Shown: positions 50,501-59,683, counted from the stretch's first letter. The stretch: 64,000 bases of DNA from IMGVR_UViG_3300034158_000023:1-64000; one strand, 5' to 3'. Numbers and translations are program-made. The notes: generated by a model not told the origin, from the letters alone.

Positions 50501-50742
50501 GACGTAACGTCGTCAACTGAATCCCAAACGGAACCGTATTCTTTGGGTAAGGCATCTTTTAAAATAGATTTATAGAAAGAAGGTGTTTTCGCTTCTTCTA
50601 CGATACCTTTGAATATACCGCTACCCATTTTGGTAACTGGTTTTCTATCGTCTTTTGGTGGTGTACCACTATAGTCACCATCCCATTCATCGAAATCATC
50701 TAGACCAAAATCGTCTAAATCGGTATTCTTTTTCTTACTCAT
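44518..50742 (-). CDS. tape measure protein with C-terminal lytic transglycosylase (phiKZ gp181-like)
   Basis: About 2070 aa, helical and Gly/Lys-rich; SLT motifs AGVESSY, SSAVGLFQF..TW and LYAAHFFG.GG; start reassigned to ATG 50742 to avoid overlapping the divergent gene. Confidence 0.9.
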   Translation of the reverse strand: MSKKKNTDLDDFGLDDFDEWDGDYSGTPPKDDRKPVTKMGSGIFKGIVEEAKTPSFYKSILKDALPKEYGSVWDSVDDVTSEGVGLYNELKKEIRPATRQMKRFMRYVKPKVEPVMPKWFSKRLDHLIEDDSRPSTPTLSQEQIDESKIATELGEIFKAQTEAQTEDRARDTMRDLVDTKRHSATLESSSAIQSNLAQLVAYQDTVTNAFQRKSLELGYRSYFAQRDMLKIATDSTGKTLELLQNIAKNTGLPEFVKLSSSEAVKQQFRDALTGKIQQSMTSGFRPFVSQFFNNLKTAGQTGIRNFVGNVQTAVDLKEQFEQMQQMAVDGGEDSTEATGKMVGGVLSQSLAGMVGSKLRPYLAKNEKLVGRGHQLARLRSSIPNKVRKWAQSPTENFGLWGSIVDAVKQAVPTQGRNREVAQSNISDLMGPSMFTNKAHLTLVDIIPGLLSRILQSSEGIRTGELPELTRWDYEGRGFIGESALTRKIASKIFKKDDLENREWQSNSFLEYFDEKAFTPEQQKALKSYLQQRVTEKSEFDPLDFIKAGNFAKYTTDENAAAIAKQFLTSLDLDEKGETKIGSVAAQKRHTSLDTLYRNMATTENGAQANATLYYNLGYQDIVRKLGILENDKGRESLKESSVNEFQRNYRDKDQDYEKVLDTLLAKRSVDDSFDNSRHGGLSNVGPGSSPIPAAAASPSVDSEVVASGIFHKLKTWMLGADNAPGTTSTQQQSVASGNMELDAHIDRVVTAIEAASSRETSVSMLQTLNDILAAVMNIGVEGNGGGTGDGKPIGKPKGGFFSRAAKLGWRGAKRAGSAGWRASKFSARSAWGLAKLPLKAIKWAGSALFGKVMDIKIPGKQDPALTAEGMRAGIYFDAVTKKVIKSINDIKGAVVKIVDGKEETVLTLEQFKAGLYDSAWKPIKTGAAKLFDTALGLGGKAVSLAFAPARGMYNVLKSIKDKVLAAPDIFVPGETSPRIIGKLLDGGQTYFDTAGKPLSSVGEIKTDVFHKDQSDKPVLYYSEFVKGVVDYKGNPVRSNGDRALGVLSAPFKLAGKALGAAKRGAGWLLDKAGGALSGLFGGIKGGFGGLGGGIFGPGRASTHYQIENINVLKAIYNLLCSKYGMGDPMEPTPSDGSDGPKGPGIKGVFAGVKKGFKDGLKKWRRTKRIRDNLKTKAKEFKDAKIAEGKAKLAEHGFDDEKLGQYRANIDVTVASLREKRAKTAQAIKDKIGMEDTVGNTVKGIRGRVMRRMASDRKEKGEGYGNLDKLKSLYGSLKDQTKTSKPYTSIRDRIKDRLASDSTRANSYASVMAARKVKQAEKANPAFTGPHRPDVKEGNGLMMPLMGIVSTLSGIWSTVKGIGAALVAAKGAGAAADALGELGDGPDGDKTKKKPKGKAGLLKRLGRGAMGVGRGLLSAGGWALRGGIWAAGAIASVVSVPVVLGAVAVGALAVAGYYTYKYFKGQIGLLNQLRMAQYGVSLEDKDACTRVAELERLLAKKVVWEGNKPVRISIDKSEGNKILEVMGCDTSNPVNVKALSDWYEGRFKPVFLSNLAALKIHDAACELLDVDSKLVEATKYAYAQKTMSSTGFMGPYYVYAKNIFPDSEIQRGTSVIEGLLEKIKLTSDPKATTKTNQIGNVPTKDTRSAEEKNIEMMRKRSESQKAMSTNTGLKSQAEAYVLKNQADAAAKKAFTPNSPLLPPNVPVAPPKSVQDTVQEAITQVGDTGNGEGGIYRNIPVPTGDGYVRVQPTISAAANAVGFDEKIALSVAGVESSYRIGVQSRDKNGKIASSAVGLFQFTKDTWKEQMGKHAEKYGIPKNATPDDPVANSLLGAEYLKSNKAYLERTTGKSVGDTELYAAHFFGAGGATKFLNADRNASAAMVMPAASAANQAIFFDGARQRTVDEVYQILNAKVSGATGQVASRKSAGVSPSASVKVKPQAEDTAVAMAAPERGNPRNTTAEAVQAASATRAPAPQQPSRPTAPSRLAAIDQREELRRNQAASQQTLSSTAMAETVQQVHSVLTESLSVQKSMAASLDKMVAALSGVAPPSKPNSARQPSDAPKPAVSMARNV

Positions 50743-50774
50743 AATGACATTCCATATAAAGGGAGTAACATAGC

Positions 50775-52406
50775 ATGAACCATCCGCTACCACCATTTAA
50801 CGTTTGGTTGATTACGCCTGAAACTCAAGCATTAAAATCTACAAGGTCTGTAAGGGTATTAGACACCTTTGATAGTAGTGGTAGTCTGTTCCATCCCGAC
50901 GGTTTATTTAGTGTGGAGACCTTTGGTCGTCAAGGTTCCCCAGAGCGTGATAAAACTATTTCATACGTAGCATTAAACACTACGATTTTACATCCAGAAG
51001 TATTCGTAACACTAAAAAGACTTCGTGCCTTATATATAGGCATTATAAGTGGTAAGCGTTACGCTGTCTGGAACGAAGTAGATAAAGACTTTGATCCTAG
51101 TGACAGTGCAGATGCTAAAACTGGATTTAGCTTTTTTATTTCGCATTTTCCAGATATCGTATTTAAGCGTAACAACTCAGACGTACGTAACTTACGTATT
51201 GATCTAGTAGAGAAGTATCAAAACAAAGCGTTACTGACTAACCATTTGATTTTACCAGCTGGTTTACGTGATGCTTATGTAGCCCCTGATGGACAAGTAT
51301 CTGAAGATGAGATCAACGATCTTTATCGTAAACTGATTTCTACTTCGACTACTATATCTAACTTAGAAGAAAACAAAAACTCTCCTAACTTGGATACTTC
51401 AAGATGGTCTTTACAGTTAACTGCTAACTCTATCTTTGAGTATATCGTTAAACTTCAGATCTCTGGTAAGCGTGGATGGTTCCAACAGAAGTTTGGTAGC
51501 CGTAAGACTCGTAACGGCTCTGCAAGTGTTATCACTGCTATGACTACAGCTGTGCCTATGTTGGGTGCTCCTAGTGCTATATCAGTGACTGATACTGAGA
51601 TTGGTTTACTCCAGACTTTACGTAACAACATCCCTGAAGTAATCGGCTTATTAAAGCGTAATTGTTTTTCTAGGATCTTCAGTGAACAAGCTAGTGAAGC
51701 ATGGCTGATTAACCCTAAAACCTTACAACGAGAATTAGTAAACGTTTCCACCTATACGATGGACTTGTTTACCACGAACGAGGGGATAAACAAATTCGTT
51801 AACAGGTTCTTCCTAAGGGATATTCGTAATAACCCGGTCTTAGTAGAAAAACATTACTTAGGCTTAGTATATGTAGACAAACATAATTTTAAGTTGTTTT
51901 ATGACATTAACGAGTTACCTGAGCATTTGGATAAGTCTAATGTTTCTCCTGCTACGTTAGCTGACATATTACATTTAACTACGTATCAAGCTTTGAAATC
52001 AGCTTGTGGGACTATCACTCGTTATCCTATCACGGGTGACGGTTCTATTTACCCCACGTTTTATAAAACCAGAACAACCACTCTGACTAAATCTTTAATC
52101 CCCTTAGGGGATGATTGGCAACCTGTAACTGAGGAAGTGTGTTATAACTTCCACGACCGCAGTTCTAATGCAGAATGGATAGACAGTTTAACTCCTCACA
52201 TCACCAGACTTGTAGGTTTGGGTGCTGACTTTGACGGAGATAAAAACAACTCTCCTTCTGTTAATACCAAAGAAGCAAAAGCTGAAGTGAAGGCATACTT
52301 CTCTAAGAAAACTTCTTTCGTGGGTGCCAACGGTAGACTTTTAGTTTCAACCACAATCGATACTGTGGAACTGGTAGTTCGCAATTTAACAGGTGACGCA
52401 GAATGA
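50775..52406 (+). CDS. virion RNA polymerase beta-prime subunit, catalytic part (phiKZ gp180-like)
   Basis: DGLFSVETFG, LPAGLR, SGKRG, TRYP and catalytic GADFDGD. Confidence 0.93.
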   Translation: MNHPLPPFNVWLITPETQALKSTRSVRVLDTFDSSGSLFHPDGLFSVETFGRQGSPERDKTISYVALNTTILHPEVFVTLKRLRALYIGIISGKRYAVWNEVDKDFDPSDSADAKTGFSFFISHFPDIVFKRNNSDVRNLRIDLVEKYQNKALLTNHLILPAGLRDAYVAPDGQVSEDEINDLYRKLISTSTTISNLEENKNSPNLDTSRWSLQLTANSIFEYIVKLQISGKRGWFQQKFGSRKTRNGSASVITAMTTAVPMLGAPSAISVTDTEIGLLQTLRNNIPEVIGLLKRNCFSRIFSEQASEAWLINPKTLQRELVNVSTYTMDLFTTNEGINKFVNRFFLRDIRNNPVLVEKHYLGLVYVDKHNFKLFYDINELPEHLDKSNVSPATLADILHLTTYQALKSACGTITRYPITGDGSIYPTFYKTRTTTLTKSLIPLGDDWQPVTEEVCYNFHDRSSNAEWIDSLTPHITRLVGLGADFDGDKNNSPSVNTKEAKAEVKAYFSKKTSFVGANGRLLVSTTIDTVELVVRNLTGDAE

Positions 52407-55400
52407 TAGAGCCAGCTTTTGGTTTAGAAGATTTTTCTGACGGGTTAGAGTCCCTTCGCTATGAACACTACTATAGGAAGCATGGAGTCAAAACATTTAA
52501 GTCTTTGTTAGCTCCACGTTACTCCTCTATGGAAAACCTGGAGTTACCACTTAAATCAGTACTGCACTATTTACCTGAGTTGAGTTCAGAACTAGGTATT
52601 ATGCCAACTAACGTTTTCTTACGTAATCATAGTGGCATGATTCTAGTGCATAACGCCGAAGCGTATGTGGAGCCAGAAGGTACTCCTATGTTGGCTGCTG
52701 CTAAACCCACGCAGTTAACTTTGCAGTATCGTAAGGCAGCAAGATCACTACGTCCTATGCGCAGTTATGAAACTGCTTTCCGTAACGATAAAACCCTAGT
52801 GATAGAAAACTATTGTTTCTTAAATCACTTGTATCGTTATCGCAATACCTTTATGGCACGCATCTATAAGTTCAATAACTTGATGCGAGTATTTGTTGCT
52901 AAAGTAAATGAAATCGCTGAGATCTCTGATCGTAAGCAGTTCTTAGAACTACGTTTACCTAAGCAACAGATTCTATTGCAACGCTTTATAATGGGTAGTA
53001 AGAGAACCTCTCGTCAAACCTTAGGGTTCTTCCCAGATGATCACAGTTTGTTTCTTCTGGAACTGTGGAAGTTCATGGGTGAGAATCGTGAGACTAGTGC
53101 ACTAGCTGGACTTACACCAAAAGCTATAGCTTCTCTCCAGTTTGTGTTAATCGAGACTGGTAAGTACAACGTCCTTAGTTTAGGCTTACTAGAGAACTCT
53201 AGAGATGGCGCTAGTGAACCAGCATCCACTACTTATAAACCACGACAGATACAGTTAACGTTTTACAAGTATCTGAACTCTGGATATGAGTTACGTAACG
53301 TGGCTAACAAACAAGTAATCGAAGTTCGTGAAAACGAAAACGGGGAAGAAACTTTAGTTACTATCGGGGAAGATGGTGAAGAAACAGTTTTAGACGTTGA
53401 TTCAGTAGATGACTTAGATGTGATGACTGAAGCCGAAACTCAAGAAGCTATGGATGAATCTGAGTCTGGTCAAGAGATTGATTTTGATTTAGAGGATGAA
53501 CTCGATCCTGGGGTACAGGAAAGCGAAGTTTACATCCCTGTTGATGACAGTGACTTAGATGACGTACCAGTAGAAGTTACTGAGTTATCTGCTGGTGTAG
53601 TTGCTGAGTCTTTGAAGTTATTAGAGTTAGGGTTAATTTCTGCTGCTGCACATAAGCGCAATGAACAATTAGCCACTGCTTATAAGCGGATACCTAACCC
53701 ATGGGGTCAAGGTACTCTAGCTGATGCCATCGTGGTTGATCCTGCTAAGCTAGCTGTGCGTAATCCTAAATTCGTAGAAGACATATCGTTCGTTATGGAC
53801 AAGTCTATGTTGAAGTCTGGTCTTAAGAACTTCGACCGTGATTACGTAGATAACGTAATGAATTCTGACATTGCTGGTATGGTTGTTAACTTACAGAAAG
53901 CTGGAGTTATCATCCACAATTACCGAGTGGAAGAAAAGGAAGATGCTAACAACCACTTCGACGTACATTACGTACAGATGTCTTTAGTGGAAGGTAAAGT
54001 TTCTACTGTGGCGTTCCGTGTGCCTAGAGTAACCAAAGATGGTACCTTTAGAGCACGTGGTACTAACTATCGTTTACGTAAGCAGCGTGTAGATATCCCT
54101 ATTCGTAAAACTGCTGAGAACGAAGTTGGGTTAACGTCTTATGTGTCTAAGGTATTTGTAACCAGAAGCGTGATGAAAGTTCACGACTATACTTCTTGGT
54201 TACAGTCTCAGATTCTGCGTCAAGTGGAAGCTGGGGTTATCAAGCACGTCGACTATGGTAACGTATTCGACCGTACTGTTAAAACACCTAGAGCACATTC
54301 CACGATTGCTGCCAAATACACTATGTTTGCCGTAGGGGATCTTAATTTCGATTGGAACCTGAAAACGTTTACGGCTATGCCAGATATAGATGTGCCTGCG
54401 TTATTAAAAGAAGGTTTATGTCCTTGTGGTTTTAAAGGAAAGGAACTTTTGGTTATTGATACGTTAGGTGTAGTGTCACTGGGATCTACTTCTGAACCTA
54501 TTGGTAACATAGAAGAAATCCTAGGGATTGAATCGGCTAAAGCTCCAGTCGATACCATCTTTGTTAAGGTGTTAGATAAGCAGATACCCATTAGTGTTAT
54601 AATGGCGTACCACTTAGGTTTAACCAATTATCTTAAGTCGCTAAAGGTACCTTACCGTCTGGTGGCTAAAGGTAGTAAGTTAGATTTAACCCCAGATGAG
54701 TTTACGATCAAGTTCTCTGATACGACACTAATCTTAAACCGGAACCATCAGCGCAGTGCTTTAGCTGTAAGTGGTTTCAACGTGTTCAAGAAATCCATCT
54801 CTAAGTATCCGATGATGGAGTTCGACAGTGAAGACGTGTATGGTGCAGTGTTTGACCAAGAAGGACTGGGTGGTCGTTATTTACGTGAACTGAAGATCAC
54901 TAACGATTTATGGGTAGATCCTATTACGTTAGGTATTCTGGCTAAGCGTAAAGAACCTACTGAGTGGTTAGCTATCTTACGGTACAGTATTGAGTTGTTA
55001 ACTTCAGATACGCATCCTGCTGAAGGTGCTGGTACTATGCGTCGTACTCGTGGGTATGAACGTATCTCCGGTCACGTGTATTCTGAAATGGTTCGTAGTG
55101 TACGTAAAGCTAAATCTCGTCCACTTACTGCTAATGCTGCAATTGAACTGAACCCTAATGCCGTTTGGATGAACATTCAGAAAGACGCCAGCGTAGGTAT
55201 CGTCAACGAACTTAACCCAGTGGAGGAAACTAAAGAAGTCGAGTTAATGACGTTTGCTGGTAGCGGCGGTCGTACTGGCCGTACTATGGTACACTCTACT
55301 CGTGGTTTTGATCATGAAGACCTAGGTACTGTATCAGAAGCTGGTGTGGATAACTCGAACGTAGCAGTTAACACGTACTCAGTGCCTGATCCTAACATCG

Positions 55401-56608
55401 ACGACTTACGTGGTATGCGAGGAGACTGGATCTTCAACGTGGATGAAACTGCTCGCATTTTAAGTACCTCTACCTTATTAGGTGTTGGTGCAACTACCGA
55501 CGATATGAAACGCGCCGTGTTTAGTGGTGTGCAACATTCACACGTAGTTGCTACAGTAGGTTATGGAGTTTGTGCTGTACAGACTGGCTATGAAACTGTT
55601 TTAGCGCATCGGGTATCTGATACGTTTGCGGTTACTGTAGATAGTCCTGCAACTCTAGTCCATGTATCTAATGACCACATCGTTATTGAGTACGATGATC
55701 CTGATCGTCCTAACGATAAAATACCTATTGGTATCAAGTATGGTGTCAGTACAGGCCACGCTATCTTACATGATGTGATCTGTGATTTACCGCAAGGTAC
55801 TAAGTTGAAAGCTGGTCACGTGGTTGCATTCAACCGTGGGTTCTTTGCTCGTAACTATATAGATCCTTCACAGGTAACTTGGAAGACTGGTGCATATGCT
55901 ACCGTCATGTTGGTTGACGATGATGATACTCTAGAAGACTCCTCAGCAATCTCACCTGAGTTAGCTGGCAAACTCTTAAGACCGACTGTCGATTATCGTG
56001 AGGTAACTTTACGGTTTGATCAAGGGATTTTGGATCTAGTGAAGGAAGGGGATAAGGTAGAAGTTGACTCCATTCTATGTAGTATAGAGGATTCTGTCAC
56101 CAGTGGCGGTAACTTGTTTGATGACACCACCAAAGACTCTCTTAAATTACTAGCACGGAATACACCTAAAGCTAAAACTGTAGGGGTTATAGGTAAAGTA
56201 GAGGTTCTGTACTGTGGCGACACAGAAGATCTATCTCCTTCACTAGCCGAGTTAGTATTAGCTGCTGACAAGAAAAGAACCAAATATGCTAAGTCGATAG
56301 GTAGTAAAGTGTTGACTGGACAGGTAAACGATTTAGATCTAGATACTGTGAAAATCGGTATTTATATTAATCGTGAAACCAAGATGGCTGATGGCGATAA
56401 GTTGGTAGTTGGCAACCAGTTAAAATCCGTTGTTAAACGTGTTATGACTGGTAAGAATGAAACGCTGAGCGGCAAACGAATTGATGCTAAATTCGGCAAC
56501 CTAAGTGTTGACGCGCGGATAGTAGGTGGGCCTGCAAAAGCTGGAACTACTATAGTACTAGTAGAAATGGCAAACAAACGCGCCGCGTCTGCATATAGAA
56601 ACAAATGA
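52403..56608 (+). CDS. virion RNA polymerase beta subunit, large part (phiKZ gp178-like)
   Basis: LEDSSAIS, GDKLVVGNQLKSVV and D.KRA.F...Q..H beta motifs; ATGA coupling to the beta-prime gene. Confidence 0.92.
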   Translation: MIEPAFGLEDFSDGLESLRYEHYYRKHGVKTFKSLLAPRYSSMENLELPLKSVLHYLPELSSELGIMPTNVFLRNHSGMILVHNAEAYVEPEGTPMLAAAKPTQLTLQYRKAARSLRPMRSYETAFRNDKTLVIENYCFLNHLYRYRNTFMARIYKFNNLMRVFVAKVNEIAEISDRKQFLELRLPKQQILLQRFIMGSKRTSRQTLGFFPDDHSLFLLELWKFMGENRETSALAGLTPKAIASLQFVLIETGKYNVLSLGLLENSRDGASEPASTTYKPRQIQLTFYKYLNSGYELRNVANKQVIEVRENENGEETLVTIGEDGEETVLDVDSVDDLDVMTEAETQEAMDESESGQEIDFDLEDELDPGVQESEVYIPVDDSDLDDVPVEVTELSAGVVAESLKLLELGLISAAAHKRNEQLATAYKRIPNPWGQGTLADAIVVDPAKLAVRNPKFVEDISFVMDKSMLKSGLKNFDRDYVDNVMNSDIAGMVVNLQKAGVIIHNYRVEEKEDANNHFDVHYVQMSLVEGKVSTVAFRVPRVTKDGTFRARGTNYRLRKQRVDIPIRKTAENEVGLTSYVSKVFVTRSVMKVHDYTSWLQSQILRQVEAGVIKHVDYGNVFDRTVKTPRAHSTIAAKYTMFAVGDLNFDWNLKTFTAMPDIDVPALLKEGLCPCGFKGKELLVIDTLGVVSLGSTSEPIGNIEEILGIESAKAPVDTIFVKVLDKQIPISVIMAYHLGLTNYLKSLKVPYRLVAKGSKLDLTPDEFTIKFSDTTLILNRNHQRSALAVSGFNVFKKSISKYPMMEFDSEDVYGAVFDQEGLGGRYLRELKITNDLWVDPITLGILAKRKEPTEWLAILRYSIELLTSDTHPAEGAGTMRRTRGYERISGHVYSEMVRSVRKAKSRPLTANAAIELNPNAVWMNIQKDASVGIVNELNPVEETKEVELMTFAGSGGRTGRTMVHSTRGFDHEDLGTVSEAGVDNSNVAVNTYSVPDPNIDDLRGMRGDWIFNVDETARILSTSTLLGVGATTDDMKRAVFSGVQHSHVVATVGYGVCAVQTGYETVLAHRVSDTFAVTVDSPATLVHVSNDHIVIEYDDPDRPNDKIPIGIKYGVSTGHAILHDVICDLPQGTKLKAGHVVAFNRGFFARNYIDPSQVTWKTGAYATVMLVDDDDTLEDSSAISPELAGKLLRPTVDYREVTLRFDQGILDLVKEGDKVEVDSILCSIEDSVTSGGNLFDDTTKDSLKLLARNTPKAKTVGVIGKVEVLYCGDTEDLSPSLAELVLAADKKRTKYAKSIGSKVLTGQVNDLDLDTVKIGIYINRETKMADGDKLVVGNQLKSVVKRVMTGKNETLSGKRIDAKFGNLSVDARIVGGPAKAGTTIVLVEMANKRAASAYRNK

Positions 56609-56627
56609 CCTATATGGGAATTAGAAA

Positions 56628-56798
56628 ATGAATGAAAACACAGTAACACAGGTAGCAACAGTAGCCAACATCCAAGAAGCTACCTTACGTGTAATGGTCG
56701 CGGTTGTGGGTGAAGACATTGCTGCTAAACCAGAATCCGAAATGGCTGCTGATATCGCTGCTATGTTAAATCAAAAGTTGCAAGGAGTTAGAGCATGA
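56628..56798 (+). CDS. 56-aa hypothetical microprotein (not in ORF track)
   Basis: MNENTVTQVATVANIQEATLRVMVAVVGEDIAAKPESEMAADIAAMLNQKLQGVRA; fills the gap and its TGA overlaps the ATG at 56795. Confidence 0.7.
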   Translation: MNENTVTQVATVANIQEATLRVMVAVVGEDIAAKPESEMAADIAAMLNQKLQGVRA

Positions 56799-58201
56799 TT
56801 TCTGAAAACACTCGTCCTGGCATCGCCGCAGTTGTTTCTAATACACGTGACTCTAAGTTGATCCTAGAAGTCATGCCTAATACGCCATTGTCGCACTTGG
56901 TAGTTGAAACGACTCCTGTCGTAACTCCTACTGTAGGGTTAGAAGCAGAAGCCGTATACCAACAAACTGAACTTACTGATATCACTGGTGTTAACCGCCA
57001 TGAAATGGTCTTAGACGAAGTTGTAGGCACTCTAGGCGAAGCTATCGTCGAACAGATGCGTATGGTTCGCTGTGACGTTATCCCAATGGTTAAACGTGTC
57101 ACTAGCTTAGCTATTGACGCAGCCAATGAAGTTAAGTTGGGTGAATACGTTATTGAAACGTTCTTCTTGTCTGAGATCCATGACAACGAAGCTATTGTAG
57201 AGTTACTGTCACGTTGGGATAGTTTCCCTGCTGGTAAAGTTATTTCGCCTATCGGTTTCCAGAAACTGGAAGAGTCTGAGGTCATCGCGTTAGCTGCTAC
57301 AGGTAGCCCTCGTTTAGATGAACCTATGGCTGAGATGATTGGTAAACATCCTGCTGGTTGGGCAACAGCTGTTTATGAAGAGTACTTTGGTATTACTGAT
57401 GTGAAAACATTCACTCCAGTAGTGCAATTGAATTCCATGGATGAATGGTTGCTAGCGCATTTCATTGCGCGTAACTTAGCTGATAACCCACAAGAAGGTA
57501 GTGGTTTAAGTTTACTTAACCATAACAACTTCTGTGCTACTTTAATGGCACAGTTAGCTGTGGCAATGACTTCTACTCACAAGAACTGGGATTTCCTACG
57601 TACTTCAGGTAGTTTAGTATTAAGTTGGCCTATTGCTACTGATATCCCAATAGATGCAAAATCTGCTGTGATTCAAGTGATTGGTGACAACTACAACAAC
57701 TTCTTAGGTGCAGGTGGTAGTCCTGAGATCTTAATCGGTGCTAGCATGGACGATCGTCCTTACTCTGGTGCTGCGTTCACTACTAACTCTGAGCGTTATC
57801 AGAAGCAGTATGTGGCGTATAAGAACCGTTTAGCTATTTACCGTGAACGTCAGTTAGGCGGAGTATTACGTACTGCGCTAAATATTGAAATCGCTAAAGA
57901 GGTTCTGACTTTACCAGAAGGCCTATTAGAGAACAGCATCTCTATCGAGAAGATGCAAGCGCATGTAACTGGCTTACTGGGTTCTAAGTTAGACCATGAG
58001 TTAGTGGGTGATCTGTACATGGTGGCTCGTGAAGTTATCTGTAAGGTTATCTACGGACATACATCTGCATTAGAGATAGCGGAAAAGATTGACGCCGTTA
58101 TGACTAAGCGCTCATGTGATGGTCGACGTGCTGCTTATTACGTAGCGATTGATTTACTGTTAGAGTACTGGTTAAACCAGACTACGCCTAAATACCAATA
58201 A
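56795..58201 (+). CDS. head-module virion protein (phiKZ gp177-like by position)
   Basis: Between vRNAP beta and the protease cluster; N-terminal VGLE candidate processing site. Confidence 0.7.
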   Translation: MISENTRPGIAAVVSNTRDSKLILEVMPNTPLSHLVVETTPVVTPTVGLEAEAVYQQTELTDITGVNRHEMVLDEVVGTLGEAIVEQMRMVRCDVIPMVKRVTSLAIDAANEVKLGEYVIETFFLSEIHDNEAIVELLSRWDSFPAGKVISPIGFQKLEESEVIALAATGSPRLDEPMAEMIGKHPAGWATAVYEEYFGITDVKTFTPVVQLNSMDEWLLAHFIARNLADNPQEGSGLSLLNHNNFCATLMAQLAVAMTSTHKNWDFLRTSGSLVLSWPIATDIPIDAKSAVIQVIGDNYNNFLGAGGSPEILIGASMDDRPYSGAAFTTNSERYQKQYVAYKNRLAIYRERQLGGVLRTALNIEIAKEVLTLPEGLLENSISIEKMQAHVTGLLGSKLDHELVGDLYMVAREVICKVIYGHTSALEIAEKIDAVMTKRSCDGRRAAYYVAIDLLLEYWLNQTTPKYQ

Positions 58202-58216
58202 CACTAAGGGGTCACT

Positions 58217-58942
58217 ATGGACGTTACAAAACTGAAGCGTGACCCTAAAGTAGTTATAGCTAGTTTAAAAACCCTGCCAGATGGTAGGGTTGTGACTTTA
58301 ACTGGGTGTCACATGCATATTCCTGCGGAGTATGTAGATAAGCAAATTGCTTTCTTAAGTGGTGCTCAGAAGTCCACACTAGGTATTTTCGCTTTAGTGG
58401 TGGGTGACTCATATGGAGTGTGGTCTACGCCTAACATGTACACGATTGAACCACAAGAGTACAGTCGTATTATGATTGGCGAAGAAGAGTATATCGAATG
58501 CTATTTTCCAGAAGGGTCTACCGTATTTACAACGCTTAACGTAATTATGATGGACAGCTTAGCATATGAGATATATGACTTATACGCAGATACTGATATT
58601 AACCCTTGGTTTCTTAGTTACTTTGATAGGGCTGCCATTCTGGATGACACTAGCCACTATCTTGGTGCCTCATTTGGAGCGAAGTGGTCTATTCTAAAGA
58701 TGGTCTGGGCATTCACTGCAAGATCTTCCAAAGACAGAACTAAGTATTGGCGTAACCAAATAAAAACTCAGCAGGATACGATAACTATCAGGCCATCTTA
58801 CATCCCATTCAAAAGTGTTATCTATGGGCCTAAGACTACAACTGCTAAATTAATGGGTGCGTATTTTGACTTAGGTCTTAATGCTGCTTTAGTTAACCCT
58901 TCTGAGAAATCAGACGACATGGAAAAGATGCTGAGGTTATAA
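58217..58942 (+). CDS. conserved head-module protein (phiKZ gp176-like)
   Basis: LKRDP, PW..SY.D, T.AKL.G.YF..GL..AL.NP...E..LR motifs; synteny. Confidence 0.7.
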   Translation: MDVTKLKRDPKVVIASLKTLPDGRVVTLTGCHMHIPAEYVDKQIAFLSGAQKSTLGIFALVVGDSYGVWSTPNMYTIEPQEYSRIMIGEEEYIECYFPEGSTVFTTLNVIMMDSLAYEIYDLYADTDINPWFLSYFDRAAILDDTSHYLGASFGAKWSILKMVWAFTARSSKDRTKYWRNQIKTQQDTITIRPSYIPFKSVIYGPKTTTAKLMGAYFDLGLNAALVNPSEKSDDMEKMLRL

Positions 58943-59667
58943 TGGCTACTGAAAAACAATTGGAAGCATTTGCTCAGTACATCAAAACTGTGTTGGGGCC
59001 TAGAGCTAAACTAGTTAAACCTTACACTGGCACTAAACAGAACCCTAGCTTAATACACATATCCACCGATGGGAAAATCAAAGAGTTTATTCCCATGGTG
59101 TCTAAGCGTACTGCTAAAGCAGAAGATAGGACAGTGCCTCGGGTTTCTACCGCTCCGCATCTCTTGGGGTGTATTAATGGGTACGCAGCAACAGTTGAAG
59201 ATTTCTTAGGGAACTGGAAGTGTGACTGGGAAGGGGGTTATTACATTTACGATGTCCCTTATGCGGTAGCTGGGTCCCCTGAAGCGGAACTGTTGTACGA
59301 TGTAGGTTGGACTGATGAAAAGTGGATCGTTCCCTTCGACCCTAAACATCGTTCAATCGAGCCAAAGAAACTAGGTAAGTTGATCTTAGTCTCAGTGCAC
59401 ATAGAAAATGCTAAGGACACCAATAGGATATGGAGCCCCACATTCTTTGTGCAGGTTACTGATAAGACTCCGGTCTTCCTAACTGCAACTGTAGCTTTAA
59501 CACAAGGTTATTGGAGAGTCCAAATAGACTCAGCCACTGACACTGCCGCCTTCTCTGAGAACTCATTGTCCTTTTCTGAAATCTCCAGGACTGAGTTTAT
59601 GGCAGTGAAAAAAGTTACGGCTGGGTTACTTTCATACGAAGCCACTGCTCCTAGTGACAGTTGGTAA
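58942..59667 (+). CDS. hypothetical protein with ADP-ribosyltransferase-like motif pattern
   Basis: LIHIS...F.P...ED..VPRVSTA...YIY...V..TDEKWI; TAATG coupling to the upstream gene. Confidence 0.6.
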   Translation: MATEKQLEAFAQYIKTVLGPRAKLVKPYTGTKQNPSLIHISTDGKIKEFIPMVSKRTAKAEDRTVPRVSTAPHLLGCINGYAATVEDFLGNWKCDWEGGYYIYDVPYAVAGSPEAELLYDVGWTDEKWIVPFDPKHRSIEPKKLGKLILVSVHIENAKDTNRIWSPTFFVQVTDKTPVFLTATVALTQGYWRVQIDSATDTAAFSENSLSFSEISRTEFMAVKKVTAGLLSYEATAPSDSW

Positions 59668-59683
59668 TTAAATGGGGTAGTGT

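Noticed and set aside
50743-50796. Apparent overlap of the tape measure ORF (start 50796) with the beta-prime gene
   Set aside because: An artefact of the longest-ORF start choice; ATG 50742 gives a normal 32-nt divergent spacer
50775-56608. Introns or inteins in the RNAP subunits, as seen in some jumbo phages
   Set aside because: Both frames are continuous, of the expected size, and show no intein splice motifs or homing endonuclease
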